Shown here piece by piece: positions 46,840-57,250 of a stretch of 64,000 nucleotides of DNA. The notes beneath the pieces were generated by a model. That model did not search any database. It worked only from the letters and a program-made list of their open reading frames with translations, and had not been told where the DNA came from. This stretch comes from an uncultured Clostridia bacterium (GTDB lineage: Bacteria; Bacillota; Clostridia; UBA1381; UMGS1253), in assembly GCA_934457145.1 (NCBI GenBank), contig CAKSHP010000005.1, forward strand, positions 17,121 through 81,120, in the 5' to 3' direction. The translations under genes and the position numbers were made by a program. Every line of letters starts with the position of its first letter. The first letter of the stretch is position 1.

Positions 46840-47568
46840 TTATTTAGGTATATTGTGTTCGGCTTTTTGTTGCCTTTTCATGGTTTCAAAAAATAAATCC
46901 AAAAGCAAATGATTTGAACTGCATGTAAGATATATTTGTTCGAAAAGTTTTTTCCGTTGGGGGAAAGTGTCGTTTTTCCAGGTGGCATATAAAGCAATCG
47001 GCGCTATTGAGCCTTCATATATAAGATATGGAAACAGGATTTTGTCGAGTTGTTTTATGGTATAGAATTTATCGTTTCTTATATTCACTTCCTGCTGGAA
47101 ACGCGAAAGAATTTCAATTGCAAATTCTATGCATGTAAATGCGTGGCGTATGACTATTTTTTTATGAATAACCGAAAAGACTGCCGATATCGTGTTATAT
47201 ACATATTCCGGAGAATTTTTTGCAATAGAGGATATAAACATGCTTATTTTGTCATATTGCGCATCGCTTACCGGTATGGCAAAGATTTTTATTTTTGCAT
47301 ATTTGCTGCGGTTTTTATAGCGCAGACTCGACTCGTTTACAAAGCCGCCGCAGAGCGGAGTTTGCTTATAGTGGCGGGCGAAGGAGTAAAGATTGTCGAG
47401 GTTTGCCGTGAGCGAAACGGAAACATGATTATAGGTATAGTGAGTCATAAGCCGTATAAACTTTCCGAGTTTGCATGGGGTTGATGATAAAACCACGTAC
47501 AAATACTTGCGTTCATGCAAAAAAATCACCTCCGGATGCTTTTTAAGAGTTGTTTCGCTGCCATTCAT
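46840..47568 (-). CDS. hypothetical protein, possibly a permuted NlpC/P60-like (YiiX-like) hydrolase
   Basis: THYTYNHVSVSL comes first, with AFTCIEF later (His before Cys). Assignment is weak. Confidence 0.35.
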   Translation of the reverse strand: MNGSETTLKKHPEVIFLHERKYLYVVLSSTPCKLGKFIRLMTHYTYNHVSVSLTANLDNLYSFARHYKQTPLCGGFVNESSLRYKNRSKYAKIKIFAIPVSDAQYDKISMFISSIAKNSPEYVYNTISAVFSVIHKKIVIRHAFTCIEFAIEILSRFQQEVNIRNDKFYTIKQLDKILFPYLIYEGSIAPIALYATWKNDTFPQRKKLFEQIYLTCSSNHLLLDLFFETMKRQQKAEHNIPK

Positions 47569-48313
47569 ACATTAAAATTCCGGCAGCAACCGATGCGTTT
47601 AAGCTTTCCGCTCCGCCGATTATAGGAATTATAACGGTTTCGTCGGCAAGCGAAAGGCAACTATTGCTTATTCCGTTTGATTCGTTGCCTATAACAAGAA
47701 TTGTTTTTTTGGGATACGACGCCGTTTTATAGTCCGAAGCCGTATCGCTTAAAGCGGCGCAGATTAAGCTGTAGCCTTTTTCTTTTAACGCCGCTATATC
47801 GTTTAGGGAAACGTTTGTGTAAACATCTGTTGAAAAAAATGAACCCATTGACGAACGTATTGTTTTTGGATTATAAAGGTCGACACAGCCGGCAGAAAGC
47901 AACACTCCGCTTGCACCGCAGGCATCGCAGGTGCGGATGATTGTGCCGCAATTGCCGGGATCTGCAACGGAGTCGAGATAAATATAAAGACCGCCGTTTA
48001 AATTTGAAATGTTTTTATCCTTAACAGCTACTGCGCAGATTATTCCTTCAGGATTTTTCGTATCACACAGGCTGTCAAATATATTATCGCTTACGGTATA
48101 AAAAGAAACATCCGAAAATGCCGAAAAATCCATACTTTTATAAAGGCTTTCCTTAACGGCAGTTATTTTTATGTCTGCGCCTTTGTTTAAAGCGTCAAAA
48201 CAACCCTTTACTCCTTCAACACAGTACATATTTTCAGCTGTGCGCGCCTTTTTCTGACGCAGGGATTTTATTAATTTGTATACTTTGTTTTGTGTGCTCG
48301 ATATATGCTGCAT
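47543..48313 (-). CDS. TrmH/SpoU family RNA 2'-O-methyltransferase
   Basis: GNCGTIIRTCDACG, IGNESNGIS, IPIIGGAESLNASVAAGI. Confidence 0.85.
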   Translation of the reverse strand: MQHISSTQNKVYKLIKSLRQKKARTAENMYCVEGVKGCFDALNKGADIKITAVKESLYKSMDFSAFSDVSFYTVSDNIFDSLCDTKNPEGIICAVAVKDKNISNLNGGLYIYLDSVADPGNCGTIIRTCDACGASGVLLSAGCVDLYNPKTIRSSMGSFFSTDVYTNVSLNDIAALKEKGYSLICAALSDTASDYKTASYPKKTILVIGNESNGISNSCLSLADETVIIPIIGGAESLNASVAAGILMYEWQRNNS

Positions 48314-48317
48314 GGTT

Positions 48318-48872
48318 TTAGTTTGCGCTGCCGCTTGGCTGTGCGCTTTCGGCAGGTTTGCTTTCTTCGGTTACTTCTTTTCCTGTTTTATCAATTGTTA
48401 CAAGCTTGTCGCCGAGGTATGCAACCGTGTGGCCTTCTTCGTCAAAATCGCCGACATTTGAATAAATAAAGTCTATTACAACGTTTCCGTCTTTATCGAT
48501 AAAGCCATATGTTTTAGTGTCTTCGGAAACGGCGGCAAGTCCGTTTGAGAATTTGCCCATTACTTTGAAGCGGTAGTCCGTTACGGTGTTACCGTCAGGA
48601 TCGATATATGCGCCCTTTTTATCTTTCCAGACGCCTGCGCGGTCTTCGCTGAAATCGCCTGCACGGTCAAACTGATAATCGATAACAAGAGTGCCGTTTT
48701 CGTCTTTGTAGCCGTAGAGTTTGGTGTTTTCGTCCTGAACGGCTTCATATTTATCGGAATTTCCGCTCGGAGCGGGGGTTTCGCTTTGCTTTTGATTTTT
48801 TTTGCATGCTGCAAAAGAAAGAACAATTGCTATAGCCGATATGATACAAATTGATTTTTTAAACAGTTTCAT
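48318..48872 (-). CDS. lipoprotein with WG-type repeats
   Basis: Lipobox LSFAAC. Repeats of the form YGY.D.NG..VI...F....DF read by eye. Confidence 0.6.
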   Translation of the reverse strand: MKLFKKSICIISAIAIVLSFAACKKNQKQSETPAPSGNSDKYEAVQDENTKLYGYKDENGTLVIDYQFDRAGDFSEDRAGVWKDKKGAYIDPDGNTVTDYRFKVMGKFSNGLAAVSEDTKTYGFIDKDGNVVIDFIYSNVGDFDEEGHTVAYLGDKLVTIDKTGKEVTEESKPAESAQPSGSAN

Positions 48873-49037
48873 AATTAATCTGCCTTTCGTGAAAAAATTT
48901 TTAATACAATATACATTATAAGTATATTTATAATTATATATTACACCGTTAAAGCGGATTTGTCAACTAAATACATGACATATACGTAAATTTTTAACAA
49001 TTAGGAAACAAATTTGACTTTTTTACAAGTGTTTTTA

Positions 49038-49066
49038 TTGACAAAAAGATGTATAAAAGTTATAAT
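49038..49066 (+). promoter_or_regulatory. promoter TTGACA-17-TATAAT upstream of nagZ
   Basis: Read directly from the sequence. Confidence 0.55.
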
Positions 49067-49192
49067 AAAACATAAGAATAGTTTAAATTACAAAAAGATA
49101 AAACATTCGGTTCTTTTTGAAAACTTGACTGTACTTTTTTAAACAAAGGATAAAATTTTGCGTTTTTTACGCAGAAAGGTATTGATATAAGC

Positions 49193-50440
49193 ATGAAAGA
49201 TAATAAAAAGAGGATTTTGACGGCGCTTATACTGGTGATAGTTTTTCTATCCGGCGTTGTGTGCGGGGATTTGTTTAGCACATATCTTCCGCTTAATACG
49301 CTTGAGATAAAAAAACAAAGTGAGAGCCCAAAGGATAATATAAATACTGATACAAAAAAAACGTTGCCGGCTGCGGATAACACAAATGACACAGACAAGC
49401 GCGCACAGGAAATTTTAAATTCAATGACGCTTGATGAGAAAATATATCAGATGCTGTTTGTTACGCCGGAGTCGCTCACGGGAGTGGGAACATGCATTGC
49501 AGCCGGACAGACAACAAAAGAAGCTATAGAAAAAATGCCTGTCGGCGGAATAATATATTTTTCGGAAAACGTGCAAAATAAAGATCAGCTTACGCAAATG
49601 ATTAAAAACACCCAAAGCTACAGCAAACTGCCGCTGTTTATCGGCGTTGACGAGGAGGGAGGCCAGGTAAGGCGACTCGGTTCAAATGAGGCGCTCGGTA
49701 TGGAGTTTGTAGGAGATATGGCAGACATCGGCAGAACGAACGACACGTCAAAGGCATATGCCGCGGCAAAAACGATAGCATCGTCTTTAAATGAATTTGG
49801 ATTTAATGTTGACTTTGCGCCGGTGGCAGATGTGTATAAAAATAAGGAAAACACTGTGGTAAAGCGCAGAAGCTTCGGAAGCGATACAAACACGGTTTCA
49901 AAAATGTCGCTTGCATTTGTAAACGGACTTCAGGACAATAACATAAGCGCCTGCTTAAAGCACTTTCCCGGACACGGAGCAACCGCGGGGGACACTCATG
50001 ACGGATACAGCGAAAACACCTTTGGCAAAGACGAGATTTTAAAAGATGAAACTGCGGCGTTTAAAAAGGGAATAGACGGCGGCTGCGATTTTGTGATGAG
50101 CGGACATATAAGCGCAAAAGCGCTTACCGGCTCGCAGATACCTTGCTCGCTTTCAAAGGCGGTTGTGACAGATATTTTAAAAAACGAGATGAATTTTAAA
50201 AACATCGTGATTACCGATGCCATGAATATGGGAGCAATATCGAAAAACTACTCTGCCGGCGAGGCAGCTGTTATGGCCGTAGAGGCGGGAAATGATATGG
50301 TTTTGATGCCGGGAGATATTAACGAAGCGTTTGATGCATTAAAAAAGAGCGTTCAGGAAAATAAGATAAGCGAAGAGCAGATAAATGAAAGCGTAAAAAG
50401 GATACTGTCGGTTAAAATAAAAAGAAAAATTATAAATTAA
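49193..50440 (+). CDS. nagZ: glycoside hydrolase family 3 beta-N-acetylhexosaminidase
   Basis: TM anchor, then GVDEEGG and KHFPGHG. Confidence 0.8.
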   Translation: MKDNKKRILTALILVIVFLSGVVCGDLFSTYLPLNTLEIKKQSESPKDNINTDTKKTLPAADNTNDTDKRAQEILNSMTLDEKIYQMLFVTPESLTGVGTCIAAGQTTKEAIEKMPVGGIIYFSENVQNKDQLTQMIKNTQSYSKLPLFIGVDEEGGQVRRLGSNEALGMEFVGDMADIGRTNDTSKAYAAAKTIASSLNEFGFNVDFAPVADVYKNKENTVVKRRSFGSDTNTVSKMSLAFVNGLQDNNISACLKHFPGHGATAGDTHDGYSENTFGKDEILKDETAAFKKGIDGGCDFVMSGHISAKALTGSQIPCSLSKAVVTDILKNEMNFKNIVITDAMNMGAISKNYSAGEAAVMAVEAGNDMVLMPGDINEAFDALKKSVQENKISEEQINESVKRILSVKIKRKIIN

Positions 50441-50458
50441 AATCAGAGGAGCGGTAGT

Positions 50459-50950
50459 ATGGTATGTAAAAATTGCGGAAGTGAAAATGAAGACGGTGCA
50501 AAAAGGTGCGTAAACTGTGATAATGCATTGTCGCAGCAGGATGAGAAAAAAAGCGGAATAAAAAAACGTGTGTGGATTCCTGCGATTACGGGAATTATAG
50601 TGCTTATTATGGCAGTGAGCATATTTTTTGTGAGTTCGGTGACGCAAAAGAAAACGCTCAACAAAATGCTTACCGACGGATCTTGGGTAAATATTTCAAA
50701 CTCTCAAAACATGACGGCTTTGAAGTTTGAAAATAATCAGCTTGTGTATAAAACGTTTCATTTCGGTGACGGCGGCGTTGAAGGCGAGGGTGAAGAAAAG
50801 CGGTTTGCCTATAAGGTGCAATCCTCTGATAGATTTTCGATTAATTCAAAGAGCTATAAAGTTATAGTAAGCGGAGACGGAATTGAAATTTTCCCGGCTA
50901 TAACGGACGAAGAAAAGGGAAGCGAAAAATGGCTTCATATTAAAGAATAA
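50459..50950 (+). CDS. zinc-ribbon membrane protein
   Basis: MVCKNCGSENEDGAKRCVNCDNAL, followed by a TM helix. Confidence 0.6.
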   Translation: MVCKNCGSENEDGAKRCVNCDNALSQQDEKKSGIKKRVWIPAITGIIVLIMAVSIFFVSSVTQKKTLNKMLTDGSWVNISNSQNMTALKFENNQLVYKTFHFGDGGVEGEGEEKRFAYKVQSSDRFSINSKSYKVIVSGDGIEIFPAITDEEKGSEKWLHIKE

Positions 50951-50997
50951 AATAAAAACAGGCAGACGCTTTAAAATTTTGCGTCTGCCTGTTTTTT

Positions 50998-52155
50998 TTA
51001 TTTTACTTCGATACCGCATAAGAACACTTTTTTAATGTTTATATCGTCATCGAAAATTACGATGTCGGCGCGGAGGTTTTCTTTTATATCGCCGCGGTCG
51101 GTGAGATTTAGTATGCGTGCGGGGTTTTGGGTAATCATTTTAACGGCTTCTGTCACGCTGCAGTCTGCTTTTTTTACCATAGTCCGCACGAGTCTGTCAG
51201 CAGTTGCAACGCTGCCGGCAAATGCGCTTTTATCTAAAAGTTTTGCAACACCGTCTTCTATAATACAGGGGGTTTCCTCGCCTTTTCTGCCTAAAAAGGA
51301 CATGCCCTCGCTTTCGCCCGCAGCGCGCATAGAATCGGTAACGAGACATATATTGTCCGTGCCTTTAAGTTTTATAATGAGTTTTAAAAGCTCGGGCGGC
51401 AGATGTGCGCCGTCGGCTATAATTTCGGCACACATATCGTCAAAATAATATGCACATTCGGTCACACCGAGACGGCGAAAGCCGTTTTTCCTTGTGATGG
51501 TTGACATACCGGAATAAAGATGGGTTATCATTTTACAGCCAAAGTCATGCACAGCTTTTACATCGTCAAATGCGGCGTCGCTGTGGCCGCATGAGGGCAA
51601 AACATTATTTTTAACAAGCGTTTTGCAAAACTCTATGCTGCCTTCAAGCTCCGGCGCAAAGCTCCAGCGCCGAATAATGCCTTTGCCGATATTTAATATG
51701 TCATTATATTCTTTCGGATCGGGATTTTTTATGTATTCCGGATTTTGCGCACCGCTTTGATTTTTTGAAAAATACGGTCCCTCAAGGTGTGCGCCGATAA
51801 TGTTTTTATGCGTTTTCATCACGGCTTTTAAGTCGTTTAAAAATTGCACGAGCACAGCTTTTGAACATGCAAGGGTTGTTGGCATAATGCTTGTGGTGCC
51901 GCAGAAAAGGTGCTTTTGTGCGGCGCATATAATGGGTTTTTCGCCGCCGTCCAAAAAGTCTGCTCCGCCTCCTCCGTGGGTGTGAATATCGATAAATCCG
52001 GCGCTTACATAGTTGTTTTTTGCGTCAATTTCTTTGTCCGGTGAAATGTCTTTATTGCCTATAAAAAGAATTTTATCGTCTTTCAAATAAAGAACTTCAT
52101 TTTCCAAAATGCGGTTTTGGGAAATAATTTTCCCGTTAATTATTTTTGTAATCAT
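50998..52155 (-). CDS. nagA: N-acetylglucosamine-6-phosphate deacetylase
   Basis: GFIDIHTHGGGG, with HLEGPY-type motifs. Confidence 0.85.
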   Translation of the reverse strand: MITKIINGKIISQNRILENEVLYLKDDKILFIGNKDISPDKEIDAKNNYVSAGFIDIHTHGGGGADFLDGGEKPIICAAQKHLFCGTTSIMPTTLACSKAVLVQFLNDLKAVMKTHKNIIGAHLEGPYFSKNQSGAQNPEYIKNPDPKEYNDILNIGKGIIRRWSFAPELEGSIEFCKTLVKNNVLPSCGHSDAAFDDVKAVHDFGCKMITHLYSGMSTITRKNGFRRLGVTECAYYFDDMCAEIIADGAHLPPELLKLIIKLKGTDNICLVTDSMRAAGESEGMSFLGRKGEETPCIIEDGVAKLLDKSAFAGSVATADRLVRTMVKKADCSVTEAVKMITQNPARILNLTDRGDIKENLRADIVIFDDDINIKKVFLCGIEVK

Positions 52156-52178
52156 ATATGCTGCTGCCTTTCGGTATA

Positions 52179-52928
52179 TTAAAGCTTTGATGCGCTGTCT
52201 TTGTCGCAGTATAGCACGGCGCTTTTATGTTTTCTTAAAATTGTTGCGGGGCATTTTTCGTTTATATCGTCATTTAGCATTTTATAAACTGCGTCTGCCT
52301 TTGTTATTGCGGGCACAACGCAGAACAGGTGCCTGCCTGAAAAAAGCGTCGGCACAGTAAGTGTGAGCGCATGAGTGGGTACGTCGTCTATTTTTTCAAA
52401 GCAACCGTCATGCACCTGCTGATTGCGGCATATTTCATCAAGCTTAACGCTTTTTATAATGTGTTTATCGCAAAAATCGGCAACCGGCGGGTCATTAAAT
52501 GCAATATGGCCGTTTTCACCTATTCCGAGGCACACGATGTCTGTGGGATATTGTTTTATAAGATTTGAATACCTTTCGCATTCGCCTTGTATATCTTTTG
52601 CGCTGCCGTTTATGTAATGAACGCTTTTAAAATTAACCTTATCAAAAATTGCACGGCGCAAAAAATTTCCGAAGCCCTGAGGGGCATCCGGTGCAAGGCC
52701 TATGTATTCGTCCATGTGAAAAGCGTTTATTTTGCTCCAGTCAATTTTGTTATTTGCAACGAGGCTTTCAAGCACTTCGTTTTGCGAGGGTGCGGCTGCA
52801 AAGATGATGTTTATCTCGTCTTTTTGTTTAAGCAAGGTTTGTATGCATAAGAAGATGTCGTTTGCGGCATCGGCTCCCATTTCGCTTCTTGTGTTAAAAA
52901 TTTTAACGTCCAGATTATCTTTTTTCAT
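52179..52928 (-). CDS. nagB: glucosamine-6-phosphate deaminase
   Basis: FHMDEY, LGIGENGHIAFNDP. Confidence 0.9.
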   Translation of the reverse strand: MKKDNLDVKIFNTRSEMGADAANDIFLCIQTLLKQKDEINIIFAAAPSQNEVLESLVANNKIDWSKINAFHMDEYIGLAPDAPQGFGNFLRRAIFDKVNFKSVHYINGSAKDIQGECERYSNLIKQYPTDIVCLGIGENGHIAFNDPPVADFCDKHIIKSVKLDEICRNQQVHDGCFEKIDDVPTHALTLTVPTLFSGRHLFCVVPAITKADAVYKMLNDDINEKCPATILRKHKSAVLYCDKDSASKL

Positions 52929-53121
52929 TTAAATTCGCTCCCGTAAAAATATTTTCAAACACATTTTAGCACAGCGAAAAGGCTTTGTAAACCGTTTGGC
53001 AAAATCGGTTTGTTTTTGTAGATTTTATGTTTAAAAAGGTTGAATTTTATATTGGTATATGTTATACTTTTCGTGAAAGATTACACAGGCATTAAAGAGC
53101 CTGATCGGGAGGAACGGATTT

Positions 53122-53850
53122 ATGAAAACAATAAATGTGCTGTCAATCGGAAACAGCTTCAGCCAGGATGCGCAAAGATATCTTTTCGAGATTGCAAGAT
53201 CGCAAAAAGAAAATATTCAAACGGTTAACCTTTATATAGGAGGCTGCTCGCTTGAAAGACATTTCAGAAATATGGCGGGAGAAAAGAGGGAATATGCGCT
53301 TGAAATAAACGGAAACACAGAAACAGGATTTTTTTCATCGATAAAAGAAGCGCTCACAGCGCGCTGCTGGGATTTTGTAACGCTTCAGCAGGCAAGTCAT
53401 TTTTCTTATGATTATGAAACGTATCAGCCGTATTTATCATGTTTGGCAGAGTATGTGCGCTCGTTTGCGCCGAAAGCAAAGCTTTTAATCCACCAAACAT
53501 GGGCATATGAGAGCGGCAGCGAAAGAATACGCGAGCATGGCTTTGAAAAATATGAGGATATGTTTAAAGAAATTGAAAAAGCATATATGCTTGCCGCAAA
53601 GGATATTCATGCCGACGGGATAATAGAGTGCGGGAAGGCGCTTTTAAGGGCTCAGGAAAACGGTATTAAAAAAGTTCATCGCGACACGTTTCATGCAAGC
53701 CGCGGTACAGGAAGATTTATTTTAGCGCTTACATGGTATAAATATCTTACGGGAAATGATATATCAAACATCTGCTTTAATAATTTTGATGAAGATGTTT
53801 CAAAAGAAGAATATGATATCGCAATCAAGAGTGTAAACGACATATTTTAA
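53122..53850 (+). CDS. SGNH-like/DUF4886-type hydrolase
   Basis: INVLSIGNSFSQDA near the N-terminus and DTFHAS near the C-terminus. Confidence 0.5.
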   Translation: MKTINVLSIGNSFSQDAQRYLFEIARSQKENIQTVNLYIGGCSLERHFRNMAGEKREYALEINGNTETGFFSSIKEALTARCWDFVTLQQASHFSYDYETYQPYLSCLAEYVRSFAPKAKLLIHQTWAYESGSERIREHGFEKYEDMFKEIEKAYMLAAKDIHADGIIECGKALLRAQENGIKKVHRDTFHASRGTGRFILALTWYKYLTGNDISNICFNNFDEDVSKEEYDIAIKSVNDIF

Positions 53851-53862
53851 AAGCTAAGCAAT

Positions 53863-53904
53863 AAAAAAGCTGAAAACCTTTCAAATCGGTTTTCAGCTTT
53901 TTTA
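53863..53904. terminator. bidirectional terminator
   Basis: AAAAAGCTGAAAACC pairs with GGTTTTCAGCTTTTT. Confidence 0.8.
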
Positions 53905-53906
53905 TG

Positions 53907-54824
53907 TTATTTAATTTCATCGATATTATACGGGGTGATCTGATATACAAAGTAGTTTAGCCAGTTTGAATACAAAAGGCTTGCATGGGATCTCCAGCGC
54001 ATAACAGGTTCGTTTTCGGGATTGTCGCCATAGTAATAGTTTTTCGGCATATCTATTTTTATGCCCTTTTTAAGGTCGCGTTTATATTCTTCGTCTAACG
54101 TGTTTGCATCGTATTCCGAATGGCCGGTGACGAAGATTTGTTTTCCGGCTTTGGTAAACACTATATAAACGCCGGCTTCTTTCGATTCCGATAAAATTTC
54201 AAGTTCGCGAACTTTTTTTATATCCTCTTTTAAAACTGTTGTGTGTCTTGAATGAGGAACATAAAAAGATGAGTCAAATCCGCGCATAAGCTTTGATGTG
54301 CTGCGGTTTACGCCATGCTCAAACACACCGAACATTTTTTTGTCAAGATGATGTTTTTTTATGCCGTAGTGATAGTAAAGCCCTGCCTGAGCGCCCCAGC
54401 AGATATGAAACGTTGAAGTGACGTTTGTTTTTGACCACTCCATTATTTCACAAAGCTCGTCCCAGTAGTCGACCTGCTCAAACTCAAGGTTTTCAACCGG
54501 TGCACCGGTTATAATCATTCCGTCGAACTTTTGCGTTTTTATATCGTCAAAAGTTTTATAAAAGCACTGCAAATGGTTTTCGCTTGTGTTTTTTGATTTG
54601 TGCGAATTCATATGTATAAATTCGATTTCCGTTTGCAGCGGGCTGTTACTTAAATACCTTAAAATCTGTGTTTCGGTAATGATTTTTTTAGGCATAAGAT
54701 TTACAAACGCAATCTTAAGCGGACGAATATCCTGCGTTGCCGCACGGGTAGACGTCATAACAAATATATTTTCACTTTCCAGCTGATGTACGGCGGGTAA
54801 ACCGTCCTGAACTTTTATTGGCAT
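53907..54824 (-). CDS. metA: homoserine O-acyltransferase MetA
   Basis: [11 protein letters not shown]...[30 protein letters not shown]. Confidence 0.9.
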   Translation of the reverse strand: MPIKVQDGLPAVHQLESENIFVMTSTRAATQDIRPLKIAFVNLMPKKIITETQILRYLSNSPLQTEIEFIHMNSHKSKNTSENHLQCFYKTFDDIKTQKFDGMIITGAPVENLEFEQVDYWDELCEIMEWSKTNVTSTFHICWGAQAGLYYHYGIKKHHLDKKMFGVFEHGVNRSTSKLMRGFDSSFYVPHSRHTTVLKEDIKKVRELEILSESKEAGVYIVFTKAGKQIFVTGHSEYDANTLDEEYKRDLKKGIKIDMPKNYYYGDNPENEPVMRWRSHASLLYSNWLNYFVYQITPYNIDEIK

Positions 54825-54840
54825 TTTTTACTTCCTTTAA

Positions 54841-55812
54841 CTATTTGTTTAAAAGCTCACACATAAATTTGAATGTTATTTCGCTGCTGTCGGGCAAACC
54901 TTCGTGTCCGAAGTCGGGATATATAACAGTTTTTTTGTTGCAGGTCATTTTATTATATGCTGCAAACTGCGTTGACGGGGGACATGTTGTGTCCATAAGT
55001 CCCGTGAACATAATAAGGTCTGCTTTTATGCGCGGTGCGAGGTATTGCAAATCTATATATCCGAGCTTTGTGAAAATTTCTTCTTCCTGCTCATGGCGGG
55101 GATCGAAGTGTCTGAAATAATCTTTTATATCCCGATAGGCATCGGCTGCTAAATCCATTTCCCAAACGCGCTTGTAGTCGCATAAGAACGGATAGTTCGG
55201 CGCTGCTTTTTTTATTTTCGGTTCAAGTGCAGCACAGGCAATGGTGAGCGCGCCGCCCTGACTTCCGCCGAACGCACCGACTCTGTTTTCGTCGATTTCA
55301 TCCATGCTCATGGCAATTCTCGCTAACTGAGCGGTGTCTAAGAATATATCGCGGAACAAAAGCTTATGCGGATCGTCTTCTATAAGTCCCCTTATAATCT
55401 GACCGTGAAGCGTGTTGCCCTTTACGCCGCCAACATCTTCGCTTTTTCCGCCCTGACCTCTGGCGTCCATGGCAAATGCCGCAAATCCGGCATATGCATA
55501 GGGGAGAAGCTGCATCCATGAGTGTCCTGCGCCGGAGTAGCCGTGAAATCCCAAAACTGCGGGGATTTTGCCCTCGCGTTTTTTCGGAATTAAACATTTG
55601 CAATAAATTCTTGCATTGTTTACGCCCGTGTAGTACACGTCATAGCAGTCAATTCCGGGAGCCTGAAAGTCGGCTTTGGTCATTTTAACGTTTGGTGCGG
55701 TTTCGTCAAGCTCTTTTAAAGCTTTTTCCCAATAATGCTCAAAGTCCGCAGGCTTGGGGTTAATTCCCTGATATTTTTTCAGTTTCTCTAATGGCATATC
55801 AACTAAAGGCAT
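54841..55812 (-). CDS. acetylxylan esterase/cephalosporin-C deacetylase (CE7-like)
   Basis: GFHGYSG, and GGSQGG as the nucleophile elbow. Confidence 0.8.
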   Translation of the reverse strand: MPLVDMPLEKLKKYQGINPKPADFEHYWEKALKELDETAPNVKMTKADFQAPGIDCYDVYYTGVNNARIYCKCLIPKKREGKIPAVLGFHGYSGAGHSWMQLLPYAYAGFAAFAMDARGQGGKSEDVGGVKGNTLHGQIIRGLIEDDPHKLLFRDIFLDTAQLARIAMSMDEIDENRVGAFGGSQGGALTIACAALEPKIKKAAPNYPFLCDYKRVWEMDLAADAYRDIKDYFRHFDPRHEQEEEIFTKLGYIDLQYLAPRIKADLIMFTGLMDTTCPPSTQFAAYNKMTCNKKTVIYPDFGHEGLPDSSEITFKFMCELLNK

Positions 55813-55834
55813 TTTTACTCTCTCCTCTTAAAAA

Positions 55835-57250
55835 TTATTTTAATTTTTCAATTAACATTGCCTCAACGGATTTTGCGTCGGCTTTGCCGCGCGTTTCTCT
55901 CATAACCATGCCGATAAGCGAACCAATGGCTTTTTGTTTGCCGCCCTTGTAGTCTTCAACGGCTTTGGGGTTGTTTTCAATAACCTTTTCAACAATAGGC
56001 ATAATTTCGCTGTTGTCGGCAGATTTAAATTCGCTTTTGTCAAAAAGCTCGTCAAACGGCTTTTTCTCTTCAAACATTTTATCAATGATTTTTTTAGTAA
56101 AGTTGTTTGAAATTTCGCCGTCGGCAATCATTTTAGCAACGTAGGCAACATCTTTTGCGCTGATTGCCAAATCGGCATTTTCCTTTGCTTCTTCGTCTGC
56201 CATAAATCTGAACAAATGCGTAAACAAAATATTTGTGCAAAGTTTAACTGCGCCGCCGCTTAATTTAACCATTTCCTCAAAATAAACTGCAAGTTTCGGA
56301 TATTTTACGATTTGCTCGCTGTCGGCTTCGGAGAGGTTAAACTCTGTCATATATCTTTTCTTTTTATCGGCGGGAAGCTCGCCCATTTGCTCTTTAAGCT
56401 CTGCGAGCCGCTCGTCGGTAATATGAACATAAGGCAAATCCGGCTCGCGAAAATACCTGTAGTCGTTAGAATCTTCCTTGCCGCGCATAGACTCGGTTTC
56501 GTTTGTTTCGCTGTTGTAGCGGCGGGTTTCCTGAATGATTTTTCCGCCGTTTTCTATAATATCAACCTGACGCTCAAATTCCGACTCGATAGCTTTCATG
56601 ATAAACGTGAAAGAGTTGATATTTTTTATTTCGGTTCTTGTACCGAATTCTTTAGAGCCTTTTTCTCTTATGGAAATATTAACATCGCAGCGCATGGAAC
56701 CTTCCTGCATTTTGCAGTCGGAAACGCCGATAGTTTTCATGATAAGACGTAGCGTTTCAAGATATTCTCTTACTTGTTCGGCATTTTCAAAATCAGGCTC
56801 GGTAACGATTTCGATAAGCGGTACTCCGCCGCGGTTATAGTCAACCAATGTATCGCCGTTTTGGTGGATAAGCTTGCCGGCGTCTTCTTCAATATGAATT
56901 CTGTTTATTCTGATTGTGTGTCCGTCAGAAAGTGTGAGATGTCCGTCGTGGCACAACGGATAGTCAAACTGAGAAATCTGATAAGCTTTTGCAAGATCGG
57001 GATAAACATAGTTTTTACGATCCATCTTTGAAAAATTGGAAATTTGGCAGTTTGTTGCCATTCCGGCTTTTGAAGCATATTCAACAACTGCACGGTTAAG
57101 CTTCGGAAGCGAGCCGGGAAGCCCTATGCATACAGGGCAGCAATGCGTGTTTGCTTCGCCGCCGAACTGAGTGGTGCATCCGCAGAAAATTTTCGTTTTT
57201 GTTGAAAGCTCGATATGTGTTTCAAGACCTATTACCATTTCAAAATTCAA
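55835..57250 (-). CDS. gatB: Asp/Glu-tRNA amidotransferase subunit B
   Basis: I set the start to TTG 57250 after GGAGGTG, giving (M)NFEMVIGLETHIEL. It overlaps the gatA stop by 11 nt. Confidence 0.9.
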   Translation of the reverse strand: MNFEMVIGLETHIELSTKTKIFCGCTTQFGGEANTHCCPVCIGLPGSLPKLNRAVVEYASKAGMATNCQISNFSKMDRKNYVYPDLAKAYQISQFDYPLCHDGHLTLSDGHTIRINRIHIEEDAGKLIHQNGDTLVDYNRGGVPLIEIVTEPDFENAEQVREYLETLRLIMKTIGVSDCKMQEGSMRCDVNISIREKGSKEFGTRTEIKNINSFTFIMKAIESEFERQVDIIENGGKIIQETRRYNSETNETESMRGKEDSNDYRYFREPDLPYVHITDERLAELKEQMGELPADKKKRYMTEFNLSEADSEQIVKYPKLAVYFEEMVKLSGGAVKLCTNILFTHLFRFMADEEAKENADLAISAKDVAYVAKMIADGEISNNFTKKIIDKMFEEKKPFDELFDKSEFKSADNSEIMPIVEKVIENNPKAVEDYKGGKQKAIGSLIGMVMRETRGKADAKSVEAMLIEKLK

